Origin: Welwitschia mirabilis
Taxonomy: Eukaryota
Assembly: GCA_051453625.1 (NCBI GenBank)
Contig: JBOZIK010000001.1
Coordinates: 22,373,308-22,430,918 of the forward strand
Length of the DNA: 57,611 bases
Direction: 5' to 3'
A program made the position numbers and the translations under genes. Below the pieces are notes generated by a model. That model was given only the letters and a program-made list of their open reading frames with translations. It searched no databases and was not told where the DNA came from. Of the stretch, positions 41,078 to 54,911 are shown piece after piece (the first letter of the stretch is position 1; every line of letters starts with the position of its first letter).

Positions 41078-44000
41078 CCATTGGAGAAAACCTTTAAAAA
41101 GTTCATGGAATCACAAGCATAAATAAACCAAAGACTTGAATAAATCATACATCAACTCAAACAAACTACCACCCACATCCTTTCATCATTAAACCAAAGG
41201 GAAGTAGGAAAAGTCCCCATCAGTGCCTAATCAAATCCAAAATGAGTTAGATCTACTGAACGGGTAGAACACTTAAAAGATACTAAGTCTACCTTAGGAG
41301 CTAAAAAGAGTAAGAACATCCACCCATATAAAATAAACATAAAGAAAAACAAAATCCCATACAAAACAAGAATAAGAATGAAGATCCATTTCCATATACA
41401 AAGAACCCTTAACTTTTTCCCTAACAACTAAGGAAGGACAACATAATGAAAAAGCAACTAGAGGCTTTATAAATTTTTAAGGAAGCTAAAATAAACATTC
41501 CCCTCTAGAAGCCATCAAGCAGTTACCTTTCTATGCTAAATTCCTTAAAGACTTATGCACTATGAAAAGGCATATGAACATAAAAAGAAAAGATTTCTTA
41601 GCTCAACAAATAAGCATAATTCTCTAGAACTAATTTTCACTAAAATATAAAAACTCTGGGTGTCTCACAATTGCTATCGCTATAGGTAATAAACAACTCA
41701 ACCAAGTTTTACTGGACTTAGAAGCCAATGTAAACTTGCTTCTTTATAAAACCTATAAAGAATTAGGCTTGGAAGGACTTAAGAACTCAAAACTCCAATT
41801 CCAATTAGCAGAAAACTCTATTAAAGTGTTATTAGAAGTCATAGAGGATGACACTGTTAGAGTTGATAGTTGCTACTTCCTAGTAAACTTTATGGTTTTG
41901 GAGATACAGAAATTAACAAACCAATCAGTGCTTGTCATTTTAGGAAGAACCATCTTTAGCAACCTCAAATGCCTTAATTAATTATAGGAATGAATTAATG
42001 AAGATTTTCTTTGGCAACATGACCATAGAACTAAATGTCTTAAATGCCATGAAGTTGCTATCAAATGATGAAGGGGCAGAACATGTGGGTAGGATAGAAA
42101 GCCTTTCTGAAAATCAAGAATTCACTTCTCACTCTTCCAAAATGATAACTTAGAAAAAGAATCATGTCCCATTGTCCAAAACAAAATCAACCTAGAACTT
42201 AAGCCCTTGCCTAATGATCTGAAATATGCTTTCTTAGGAGATAACTCCACCTTTTTGGTAGTCATAAATTCTTCCTTAATCCCATCTAAAGAAGATCAAT
42301 TTCTTAAACTCTTAAGGAAGAATAAGCAAGCAATAGAATGGATTCTCTTTGACATTAAGGGCATTGAACCTAGCATTTTCATGTATCATATCTATTTAGA
42401 AGATAATATCAAGCCCTCTAGAAAAGCCCAGAGACATATAAAGCCAACCTTATAAAAAATAGTTAAAAATGAAATGATCAAACTTCTCAATAATAGGATT
42501 ATCTATCCTATTTCAGATAGCAAATGGATCAATCCAACTTGAACTGTGGCTAATAAAGCATAAAGTACCATTTTCCAAAATAAGCATAATGAACTTATTC
42601 CTAGTAGACTCACAGTAAACTAGAGAATATGTATTGACTACAAAAAATCAAATGCCATTTCAAAAAATGATTACTTTTCCTGACCTTTTCCGGACCAGAT
42701 CCTAGAGCAACTTATAGGGCATCTACTTTACTGTTTCTTAGATGGGTATTCGGGTTATAATCAAATTGAAATTACCCCTGAGGATTAATACAAAACTACC
42801 TTCACTTACCCCTATGGAACATTTGTCTACAAACAAATACTCTTTGGTCTATGTAATGTACATGTTACTTTTCAACATTGCATAATTGAAAGTTTCTTTA
42901 AACGTATTAGATTTAGATGTTAAAATATTTATGGATGGTCTCTTGATCTATGGAACATCTTTTAACCACTATTTGAACAACTTAGAACATGTCCTTTAGC
43001 AATGTATCAAAAAACACCTTGTGCTTAATTGAGAGAAATGCCACTTTATGGTTAATCAAGGCATAGTTTTAGGACATGTCATTTCTAAGAAAGGAATATA
43101 AGTAGATCCTATAAGATTTCTTTAATCACACACCAGCCAAATCCTCAAAAATAAAAATATATTATATCTTTCTTAAGACATTCAGGACACTAAAGGATAT
43201 TTATCAAATATTTCAGTAAAACCTCCAAGTCATTGTGTGAGCTTCTAAGCAAAGATTCCTCTTTCAACTAGATTCCTGAATGTCAATAAGCCTTTGAACA
43301 ACTCAGAACTTCCACCTTAATCATTCAACCACCTCTCTAGAAGTTACCTTTTAAGCTTATGTGTGATGCTAGTGAGTCTGCAATTAGGGTTGTTTTAGGA
43401 AAAAAGATAGATTAAAAAACCGACTGTGATTGATTTAAAACTTCAAATGAAAATTAGTTAAACTACACCTTTAAAGAATAAGAGCTACTAGCTATAGTAT
43501 TTGCCTTCGAGAAATTTAGAAAATACCTCTTAGGATCTAGGGTACCCTTAGATATATCTTTGCCAAAAAGGATTCAAAACCAAGGCTAATTAGATGAATC
43601 CTCCTTCTGTAGAAATTTGATTTGAAAATTAAAGATAAAAAGGGTTTTGATAATGTAGTTTCAGATTAACTTTCTTAATTAACTTAAGAGACACCTTCCT
43701 TAGATGAACATCTCTTTTCAGTTTAGCAAGTACCTTGGTTTATAGTTATTGCTAACTATTTAGTGCTCAAAACCATCTCTTCTTACTAGACCACCAATGA
43801 TAAAAAGAGATTCCTAAGCTAAGTCAAGTACTTTTTCTGGGATAGCCCATATCTTTTCAAATACTGTCCAGACTAAGTCATTCGCAAATGTGTCCCCCGA
43901 ACTAACATACATGATATACTTAAACATTTTCATTCTCAGACTTATGGGAGTTACTACTTATTCAACAAAACTACTATAAAAATTCTTCAATCTAGTTTTT

Positions 44001-47000
44001 ATTAGCCATCTATTTTTAAAGATTCGTATCTATATTGTAAATCTTGTGATAACTGTCAAACATTAGGAAGTCTTTCGTGAAGACAAATGATGCCTTTAAA
44101 TCCTATGCTTGCTATTAAACCCTTTTACATTAGGAAAATTGATTTTTAGGGCCCTTATCCATCATTAAATGGACATCAATACATTCTCATCTATGTTACT
44201 ACATAAGTAAATGGGTGGAGGATTACACTTGTTAAATAAACAATGCTAAAATAGTGGTTAAATTCTTTAAAGAAAATATCTTAACGTGCTTTGGTTGTCC
44301 ATGTGTTTTAATCAGCGATGGAGGAACACACGTTTACAACAAAATATTTAATAACTTTCTTTCTAAACATGGGGTAACACACAAAGTCACATAACCTTAC
44401 CACCCTCAAATAAGTGGCCAAGTTGAAGTTGTAAATAGGGAAGTAAACTCAACTTGAAAAGATTGGTCTTTCAAAATTAACAATGTTTTATGGTCATACT
44501 GCACTACTTACAAAACTTCCTTAAAAATGTTAACATTTCGATTAGTCTACGCAAAAGCCTATCATCTACATCTAGAACTGGAGCACAAATCATACTAGAC
44601 AATAAAAAACATGAGCCTAAACTTAAAGGCTATAAGGAAAAATGGGGTTATACAACTTAACAATTAGACAAAATTAGAAATGATGCTTATGAAAACATGA
44701 GGATAAACAAAAAAACATAGAAATTCCACAACCAACATATCCTTAAGAAAACTTTCAAAGAGGAAGAACTAGTTCTACTTTATAACTCGCGCTTACATCT
44801 TTTTCCAGATAAACTAATTGCTAAATGCAAATGAACATTTCTAAGAAAGAAGGTTTTACCTCATGAAGTATTTCTCGTAGAAAATTCCAAAAACAATCAA
44901 CTATTTAATGTCAATGAACATCATCAAAAGTACTACCATCCACCTATTCTAGTGACTTATGAATTTATAAGGCTTACTGATTTAGAATAAATGACCCTAA
45001 ACAAAAATCAAGAATAAGTGATCTCGTTATCACCTTAGTAATGATTAGGATTAAGTTTACTTATGGGTTTTTAAGGAAAGTATACTTACTTAAAGTGTGA
45101 TGGTTAAAAATGCATTCGCTTAAGGTCATCAATTTCAGTAAAACTTGGATGAAAAAGGTAGGATTTACCTTCTTATGTGCTCCTTAAGTCTAAAGCCTTT
45201 AATGGGAATAAGATTTGTCTTAACTAGGCTAATGAACCAATGACCCCTTAAATGAAAATAAAAATGACTATGGGAAGATGAATAAAAGAAAATAATATAT
45301 CTCTTCTACAAAAGTACATAACATTACTTACTTGGTTGGGTTTACTTATCTGCATTGGGGCTATGGGCACCTGCTAGTAATGTAGCTCTAATGATCTAAT
45401 TATGACATGTTCAACTACATCGAGGTTATAAATGCTGATTGGCAATGTGACATTGACTTCTACGAATAAATATGCTTGATGCTGTTGGCAGAAAATTTCA
45501 TAATACTAGATGCTCAATGTGATTCAAAGGCTTAAAAACTAAGGACACATTCAAAGGTAGAAATGGAAAATAAAGGAATGACAAAAGGTGGGAATTGGAG
45601 GCTTAATGTAAAATATTGTTTCTTAACCTTCATACTTAGGATTGGCTATGATTTCTTAAATTTGTATAAGTTACTTGATTAATAATTTGCTCAGTTGATA
45701 TTGCGATCTAATCAAAATACAAAGATATAATAAAGAACTGTTAACTAAGGAATGTTTGCTCATTTATTCATTAGTTTATGGTTTAAGTTCATTTGACATA
45801 TTTATCATTTCCATTTCACTCCACCTCACCTCACCTAATTTTGTTACAATTTTTAAGAGAAATAACTCCTAAGGCATAAACCATTTTTATTAATAGACCT
45901 TCCACTTAACATTGTTTTGCTGTAGTTATATTTTCCTTTCCCTTAAGCTTTTCGTGATAGTTGGTTTTTTTACTTGCTTAGCTTAGTTGTATCATTTTGC
46001 ATGGTTTTCAATAAAAGAACTCTTTGTGATTTTTGCTAGACTTATGTTCTCAAATGACTTGAATGTTTTTCATCATAAACTTTGAGGACAAAGTTCAATT
46101 TTGGTTAGGGGATATGGAATCTTGATTTTCATAAATTTTTTCACTTTGATTCCTTAATTACATAAAATTAGTCATAAAAATTTTGAAAGTTATATTTTTC
46201 ACACTTGAGTGCATTTGACTTCGATAATTTTTCCATGTTTAACTATTTCATTATCATGTTTTACCTAAGGCACTAGAAAAAGATTGGTTAGGAGGTGTGT
46301 TAATATGTAAAAATTGATATTATGGTCAAGTTAAAAGATTAAATAACCTTAACAGAAGGCATCAATACAATCGATTTCATCATAAAAACATGTCTTTCAT
46401 TGATTTTAACATTAATTATGAAACTAACTATTTCCTATGATATTTTTAGATGAATTATGCTTAATTGAAGAACATACTTAATCTGATCATCAAATAACTT
46501 AAAACACTAGCACTCCTGGGCAGGACTACTAACACTACTAGCCTATATGTGCAAACTACCACCAAACTCACGTTCCTAGCATGTCAAGAAAAATTAGACA
46601 GAATGCAGTTATGGGCTTGACCAAATCTTACATAAAAAGTAATTACATTATTAAGAACACATGATGGCAATGACGAGGACTTATAAAGCAACATTTGGTA
46701 CGGCTAAGTAAGATGATGATGGAGACACATGACATAGTTGGTGGTTGGTAGTGATTGTAGCACTGTAGATCTAAGTGTTAGAGTCAACATAAGCATCTTT
46801 ACCAAATGGAAAAGATGATAAACCGTCTTACCTAATGTTATGATTTGTGATTATCCACCTAATACTATAAGCCAAGGGCTTGTAACCATCCCTCTTCCTC
46901 GTTTCTCCTTATAAAAGGGCCTTAAACCCTTCATTATATCATCTTTAACTGGGAGAATTACAGAACCTTGAAGCATCGACTTATGATGGCTTTCTAAGCG

Positions 47001-47330
47001 ACTCTTTGGGAAAGTGAGCTAGTCTTCAAGGATTACTGAGGAGTTTTTCTACTTTTTTCTTTCTTTACTGTAGGCCATTGGACAACATTGGAGAGAAGGA
47101 TTACTTAACGACAAATTGGTGATACCTTGAAGCTAGTTTGCTTTTCTTCTCTCTTAAGATGAAGTTCAACTCAAACTCTAAATATCACCTCTTTTATTTT
47201 ATTTTCTTAAAATTTGTAACTTGCATTAAGTTAGTGCAATTCTGAATCTAAACCCATATTATCCCTAAGGAATAACGATAGCTAAATACAAAGTTAGATT
47301 TAAATCCAATTCATTGTACTACACCAAACA

Positions 47331-48207
47331 ATAATGTAGATTCAGTAAGCATTACAAGCATGAAGCCATCTGTAACTCAAAATTAAAATGAACATCTGCT
47401 TTGTATTAAATCAAAAAAGATATATTACATTAAAGGGAGAATAAGGAAGCTAGTAAGAACTCCTCAAGCTATCCTTGAAGCAAGATCACTCCCAAAGAAA
47501 GTGCTTAAAATGCCATGTTTACTTGATGCTCCAAGGATTTTATTACTTGACCAAAATGAAAGATGTTATAAATAAGGGATTAAAGCCATTTTACAACATT
47601 AGATGAATGGTTATAAAATATGTTATGTAGTGTTAGGTAAGATCTTTATCATTTTGCATTAGGTATGAATCATCATGATGAGTCCAACACTTGACTTCTG
47701 GATGTTATTGCTTTTGTCAACTAATGATGTTATCATGTGTTTCCACCATCATCCTACTCAACACTATCACATGTTACTACTGTGTGTCATCATGTCACCA
47801 CCACATATCATTGATAATGCTAGTTATGTATAAGGTAAAATCTAGCTAAGCCCATAATTTCATTTGACTGAGTTTTTCATGACAAGTTCAAAATGTGTTC
47901 ATTTGACTGAGTTTTTCATGACAAGTTCAAAATGTGAGGTTTGAAGTATTTTGCAAAGAAGGATTAACAGTGCTTGTGACTTGGATGGTAGTGCTAGCAT
48001 TCTAGACTAAATAATGTTCATATTTTATAATGTTCTTTTAAATGAGATAATTATCTTAAAAATGTCATAAGAAGATGACAAGCCTATGATATGTATAGAA
48101 AAGCATTAGAGGACATGTTTTTATAATAAATGAGTTCTGTTAATGTCTTTTATTAAGGTAAATTGATCAAATAACTTGATCAAAATATCAATTTTTGCAG
48201 GTTAACA
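47331..48207 (-). mobile_element. 5' part of the inverted Athila-family LTR
   Basis: Reverse complement starts TGTTAACCTGCAAAAATTGATATT, like the LTR starts at 37747 and 46298, and stays colinear. Contains a 39-bp duplication at 47859-47936. Confidence 0.8.
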
Positions 48208-51200
48208 AACTAGAATCTTATTAAAAATTAATAGTAAATCATTGATAAATTAGAAATATATGTAAATTTTTACTCTTTTTCTTACTAAAATGAATGAAAT
48301 GAAAGTTGTTTAGTAATATGCTATGATGAATTAAATAAAATTATTATAACATATTATTATTGCATATAGCTAACTTGGTTTTGTAGGACAATTATTTCCA
48401 TACAAGAATAGTGGGAGCCTTCCTACAAAAAAGAGAAATGGTCATAACAATTAGATAGACGGCATAAATAAAGTAAACACCCACTAATGCAAGGAAACCA
48501 TTAGAAATATAAGGACAAGTGGCATTAAAAGGAAATAACAAATCACTTAGGCTGTATCTATAAAGATGCAGTGTGGAAAAGACATGAGGATCTTTTTGGC
48601 AACTTTAGCGAATAGCTAGAAAGTGCATCTAAGACAAAGAAGATCACAATGGAAGAATTGCAAAGTGACTTCCTAGATACTATGCCTATTGTGGAAACAC
48701 AGAAAATTGCTACTGCTATATTTTCTAGATAGTAATACAAGTTTGTATTCTAAAAAGAATCTTATGTTGCTTTGTAAGTAATTTGGAAACGTTACATGCT
48801 ATTATTTTTTTGCTCTTAATATTAATCTTAGCTAGGGTTAACATTGAGAAAGTGTATTAGTTAGAAATAAGTGAGACACATAATATGACTATGTTTTCTC
48901 TATTTTATTCATTTTCATTCCCCACTTCTTATAAATATTGTTTATAGTAGAGTAATTATTAGAATACCATTTTCCCAGGAATAATCTTTCTTGAAAAAGA
49001 ATGTGTTTTGATTCAATTAAAAAAGTGTTAAGAGTAATTATCAGAATACCATTTTGCTAGGAATAATCATTCCTGACAAAGAATGTGTTCTAATTCAATA
49101 AAGAGAGTCTTTATTTGAGTCAAAATCATGAAAAAATAAACTCCATTTAAAAATTAGTAATCTATGTGTGGTAATAAAGTTTTCATTTTTTTCTAGTACT
49201 TTGTAATATAACTTTGTTTTTCTTAAGCATTTCATTGAAATTAGCTAGCTGTTCTATAGCATCTATAGTTAAATTAAAGGCCTGTCATTTTGGTGCTAGA
49301 AGGAGGGCACTTCTAGTCTTTTGATTGAAACAATGAAGTTCCTTTTGAAAAAAGATAACTAAGGATGATGGAAGGATAAGAAGGGATGATATGTCCAAAA
49401 CCATGAAAAATATGAATTAGATGAAGCAAGAACTGAGATTGATCCCTATGACTTCATAGAGGATATGGAAACGCTTAAGAGAAGACAAGAAGAGTTATAG
49501 TATAAAATAGACCTATTGATACAAGCTCAAATAGGAAGAGAAAAACTGCAAAGACTAAAAGGATCGTATTAGGATGAAGAAGAGGTAGTTGATTCTACTC
49601 CTTTAATCATTAACTATTATACATTTCNNNNNNNNNNTAAAAAATTCTGATAAGATAAGAAATATAAACACTGCTAATATTCCCACTTTTGAAGGGGAAA
49701 AAAATGAAGAACCTATGCTTTATCTGAGTCTTTTTTATTCTTTTTGTAAGTCTAGTTACTTGGAAACTAACTCAAATTTCTTGAGAAATTTTCATTTTTC
49801 CTTAAAGGCAGATGCCTAGTTATGGTTTCATAGGTTTCCAGATTATACTTTTAAAATTTAGAACCCTTTAAAGTTAGCATTTTTGAGCAAATATCAACAC
49901 GCCTAGGCCATTGAAGATTTGAGAGATCAAATTTCGAATGTCAACTAGAAAGAACATAAGAATTTGATGAATTCATGGATAGATACTAAATTTTACTATC
50001 AAGATGTCCTAACCATGAANNNNNNNNNNGAGGTGGACTCAAAATGAAGAGAAATAAAAGAGAAAATTCAATGAAGTTATGATAGAGAAATAAATAGAAA
50101 GAAAGAATATAAGCATGCTAGAAAAGACTAATAAGAGAATAGAAGCTCTAACAAAGAAGATTAGTAGATTAAAACAAGAAGAGGAAGTTGAAACTTGAGA
50201 ATATTGTAATGAGGAGAATCATCAACCTATAGAATGTCCATGGATAATAGGTTTTATGAAATGGTTAGATATTAGTAGAATTTTTATAATCCTAACAATG
50301 ATCCTCAAATTNNNNNNNNNNNNNNNNNNNNNNNNNNNNNNNNNNNNNNNNNNNNNNNNNNNNNNNNNNNNNNNNNNNNNNNNNNNNNNNNNNNNNNNNN
50401 NNNNNNNNNNNTCCTAACAATGATCCTTAAATTAAAAAGAATCCTTATTCTAACCAAACTAAAAAATTAAAAAAACAAAAGAAAAAAGCTTCAATGTAGA
50501 TATTTGTGCACTCTAAGAGACAACAACAATATAATTATTTTAGGAACTAGAGAAATCAAGAAGGAAAATCTAGTTACAATCCACAACCAGATAAGGGGAA
50601 GAAACTTGAAAAACCTCTTTTACTTATATGACCTAAACCAAATCCAAGGTAAGCTGGTTGTAAAGCTATTAAAACCAGGTCAGAGAGAAGTTATCATTTT
50701 AATTTACCTCCTAGGGGAAAAAAAGAAACTAAAGAAATGAGAAGAGTGATTAAAAGTATTTTAAGTGAATGAGGAATGGATGATCTCTTACCATTTCAAA
50801 TGAGAAGTAAGATGATAGGGAATTTTTCAAAGAAAGAAGAAAAGGATGTACAATATCTCATCAAAGCTCCAGAAGATACTTTAGTTACGTTACCTTTAGT
50901 AAAGATGTTGAAAGATATTCCCTTGTACTAGAAGCAAATGAAGAAGTTGTGTTGTAAAGAGGAAAGTAAGAAAAAGAAAGAGAAAATTAATGATAAACAA
51001 TTAGTAAAAGAATCAACTAAAATAGATCAGGTATCTTGGACCTCTACTCAAGCTTTGCAAGGAAACCAAATTAAGAAATATATTGATTTTGGAATACCAA
51101 TAGTAGATGTAGTTGTTAAAGATGCCTGTAAAATAGAAGCTTTTATTGATTTGGGGGTTAGTATTAATGCCGTTTCCTATGATACATTCAAATAGCTTGG

Positions 51201-54200
51201 AAGTCCACAGTTAAATCCATATAATGGATAAGTTTACATGGCAGATGGCTTGAAATAAGATCAAAAGGTATAATGGAAAACACATCAATAGAATTACAAG
51301 AATTTGGATATTTAGTGAATTAAGTTATCATGAAGACAAAGGAAAATATACATCCCATCATACTGGGGAGACTCTAGATGGTAATAGTTAATGCAACTAT
51401 TTATTCTAGAAGGGAGTAATGGAGATTAGTTTAAAAGACCTTGTGCATCTAGCAAATAAAAATATCTGATAAGGTAGAAATTAAAAGACCCTTATTCTAA
51501 CATGGGGATGGTGCTAATCTTATCCTCATGAAGGAAGCTCAATAGATATTAAAAGAACAAAAAGTTAAAATAAAAATTACTTCTTAACTATTAAACTAGA
51601 TGAAAATGAATAGGAACTTTAAAAACCTTCTCTCAAAAGAGATTTGGAATACATAGAAATTTGGAAAAATTGACCTTTAATCATTAATAGGAATTTAACT
51701 CATTCTTAGAAGAGAAAATTAAAAATGATGTTGATAAAATCGACTAATGCATTTGCTTGGACTCATGAAGATATTACAGAGGTAGACACTACAATATGCT
51801 AATATAAGATTTATTTAGATACCATAGTAAAACTTGTTAGACAACCAGAAAGAACATGTAATCCTCATGTGCAAGATGTAATTAAGCAAGAATTTTAAGA
51901 TTATTAAAAGTCGGATTCATCTACCTATTTCTGATCAAGAATGGATAAGCCCTATGATAGTAGTTACTAAAAAGGATAATAAATTAAGAGTGTGCATAGA
52001 TTTTAGGCTACTGAATACTACTACTTATAAAGATCATTTTCTTTACCCTTTGGGTATCAAGTCTTAAAACGAATTTCTAGTCATAAATACTATAGTTTCT
52101 TAGATGGATATAGTGGGTATAATCAAATTCCTATAGGTCTTAAAGATCAAGCAAAAATAACTTTTACTTCCAAATGGATTACATATGTCTTTAAAGTTTT
52201 ACCCTTTGGATTATAGAATGCACCAGCCACTAAGCCACTTTTTAGTGGCTAGTAAATAGTGTTTTTCAGGACATAATAAAAAGTTTCGTTGAGGTTTTTA
52301 TGGATGATTTCTCAACTTTTAAAAATGATTTTGATGAAGCTTTAGAAAGATTGGAGGCTATACTTAATGTTAAAAAAGAAAAAAAAAAAGAAGTTTAAAA
52401 CTGAGTTGGTCTAAAAGTCATATCATGGTAGATGAAGGTATTATTTTAGGCCATAGGATATCAATTAGAGGAATTGAGACTAATGAATAAAAGATTAATA
52501 TCATTAAAGAAATTCCTCCTCTAACTAAACTGAAGGAATTTAGATCATTTTTGGGTTATGTAGGTTACTATAGAAGATTTATCACTAATTTTAGTAAAAT
52601 TGCTAAATCATTGAGTAATCTTTTATAAAAAGATGTGCCTTATGAGTGGACCTAGGAATGCCAAAAGACTTTTTAAAGTCTAAAAGATAAATTAATTAAA
52701 TCTCCTATTTTACAAAAATGAATTAGATAAACCTTTTCACATTATGACTAATGCTTCATAGTATGCTGTTGATGCTATGTTGGATAGAAAGATGATAATC
52801 GTAAACCCTATGCTATTACTTACATAAGTAAAAATCTTAATTCTACAAAACAAAATTATATAGTCATGGAAAAAAGATATGCTAGCCATAGTGGTAGCCT
52901 TAGAGAAATTTAGGCATCATATCCTAGGTTATGAAGGTAAAATTTACATGGATCATAGTGCTTTACAATTTTTCATGAGTAGGAAGGAAGTACGATATCA
53001 AATAATAAGATGGATACTTTTGATGCAAGAATTTTATCTCAAGATAATAGATAAGAAGGAAACATAAAATGTACTGGCTAAGCATTTGTCTAGGTTGGAA
53101 TTACTTAAAGAAGCTAAATAATTAGATAATTAAAATAGTTTTCCTGATCAACATTTAGCAAGTTTTCAACAAGATCCTTGATTTGCACACAGTGCTAATT
53201 TCTTAGTAAGAGGGAACCTCCTTACTTGACCTATTATAAGGAAAAGAGATTATTAAGAAAGGCAAAAGATTACATATGAGAAGATAAGATTCTCTTCAAA
53301 TTTTATAAGGATGGTATCATTTAGAGATGTGTTAGTGAACCTAATCAAAAGGATCTACTACAAATTTTCCATGTAAAAGAAGGAGGAGGTCATTATGGAT
53401 GAAAAGAATGGCTATAAAAATATTGAGTGTAGGATATTATGGGACTTCTCTATTCAATGACTCTTTCAATTACACTAAATAATGTGACAAGTATCAAAGA
53501 AAGAAAGGATGGTTAAAAGTAATGGGAATGTGCCAATAATAGATTTAAGCTTTAGAGTCCTTTGATATTTAGAGAATAGATTTCATTGGTCCTATTAATC
53601 CAAAATCCTATAGAAAGGAATACATACTAGTCTATGTGGATTATTTGACTAAATGAACTGAAGCTGAGCTATTCCTAACTATTCAATTGAGATTGTATAA
53701 AAGTCTTATCTAAGAATATCTTTCATATGTTTGGTATGACAAGGAGTCATATCAAATAGGGGAACCCATCTCACTAGTTAAACCTTTGTAAATTTTTTAT
53801 CTAAGTATGGGGTCCATCATAAACTCTTCTCTACTTATCATCTCCAATTTAAAGGTAAGACTAAGATTACAAATAGAGAATTAAACCAAATTTTAAATAA
53901 AACTATAAAGACTAAAAGATATAATTGGGCATACAAATTACTAAAGCTTTATGATCCTATAGGATAACTTGGAAAAATAGTATAGGTTTCACATTTTATG
54001 AATTTGTTTATGGTAAGAAAGAAACTTTATCTATTGAGTTGAAATTAACATCCTATAAATTGGCTAAATAATTAGGTTATGATCTGAATAAAGCTCAAAA
54101 GAAATGAATACAAAATATGAATAAATTAGATAAGGATAGAAGAGAAGCTTTGACAAGAAAAGAATTAATCCAAGGATAAGTAAAAAAGTGGCACAATCAT

Positions 54201-54420
54201 AATATCAAAAAAATTAATTTCAAAATTGGAGATAAAGTTTTAGTTTTTGATCCTAAATATATATCCTCTAAACAAAAGTATACTAAAAAATGTATTAGCC
54301 CATACACTTTAACAAAAAATTTTACCTAATGAAGCAATTGAAGTATTTAATGAGAAAACTAAAGATACATATCAAGTAAATAATTATACAATCAAAACTT
54401 ATACAAAAAGAGTTTCACTC
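48208..54420 (+). mobile_element. Second degenerate Gypsy element (non-chromovirus, Athila/Tat group)
   Basis: LTR ends TGTCA at 49287; PBS-like TGGTGCTAGAAGGAGGG; gag IPTFEG and knuckle YCNEENHQPIECP; protease FIDLGVSIN; RT FLDGYSGYNQI and VFMDDF; RNase H DHSAL; integrase DFIGP. No matching 3' LTR seen. Confidence 0.88.
48949..49108. repeat. 82-bp tandem duplication in LTR
   Basis: AGAGTAATTATYAGAATACCATTTT... twice. Confidence 0.88.
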
Positions 54421-54725
54421 TTAAAATAAATTGAATGACCTTATATGGTGAAAAGAATTCTACCTGTGCATCTTCCTTTATAATCATCATATTCTTTTGG
54501 GAAAAAAAAAGAAGAAAGAAAGTAAAAAAAACTTTTGTCATACAATAAGGTTTATCTTCTAAGAAAGAAAAATGAGAGTTATTCAAAATTATAGAATTTT
54601 TGGTTGTTAGGTAAAAATTTCTCTATAAGAAATTAGTAATACTTCAGGAAGGAAGAGGTTACAATAATAAGAGTGACTATGTGATTAAAAAAATAAGGGT
54701 ACTTATGTAATCATTTATCTTATAT

Positions 54726-54726
<1 letters not shown>

Positions 54727-54792
<66 letters not shown>

Positions 54793-54911
54793 NNNNNNNN
54801 NNNNNNNNNNNNNNNNNNNNNNNNNNNNNNNNNNNNNNNNNNNNNNNNNNNNNNNNNNNNNNNNNNNNNNNNNNNNNNNNNNNNNNNNNNNNGAGCGAGC
54901 GACAGAGAGAG
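54727..54911. repeat. (AG)n microsatellite spanning a 100-N gap
   Basis: Direct reading. Confidence 0.98.

Larger units (their letters stand above)
37747..47330 (+). mobile_element. Full-length degenerate Athila-like Gypsy element
   Basis: LTRs 37747-39090 and 46298-47330; PBS TGGCATCGTTGCTAGGGA (Athila-type); gag ~40130-41200, protease LLDLEANVN, RT FLDGYSGYNQI, RNase H LMCDASE, integrase SDGGTH; many stops; no clear TSD. Confidence 0.92.
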
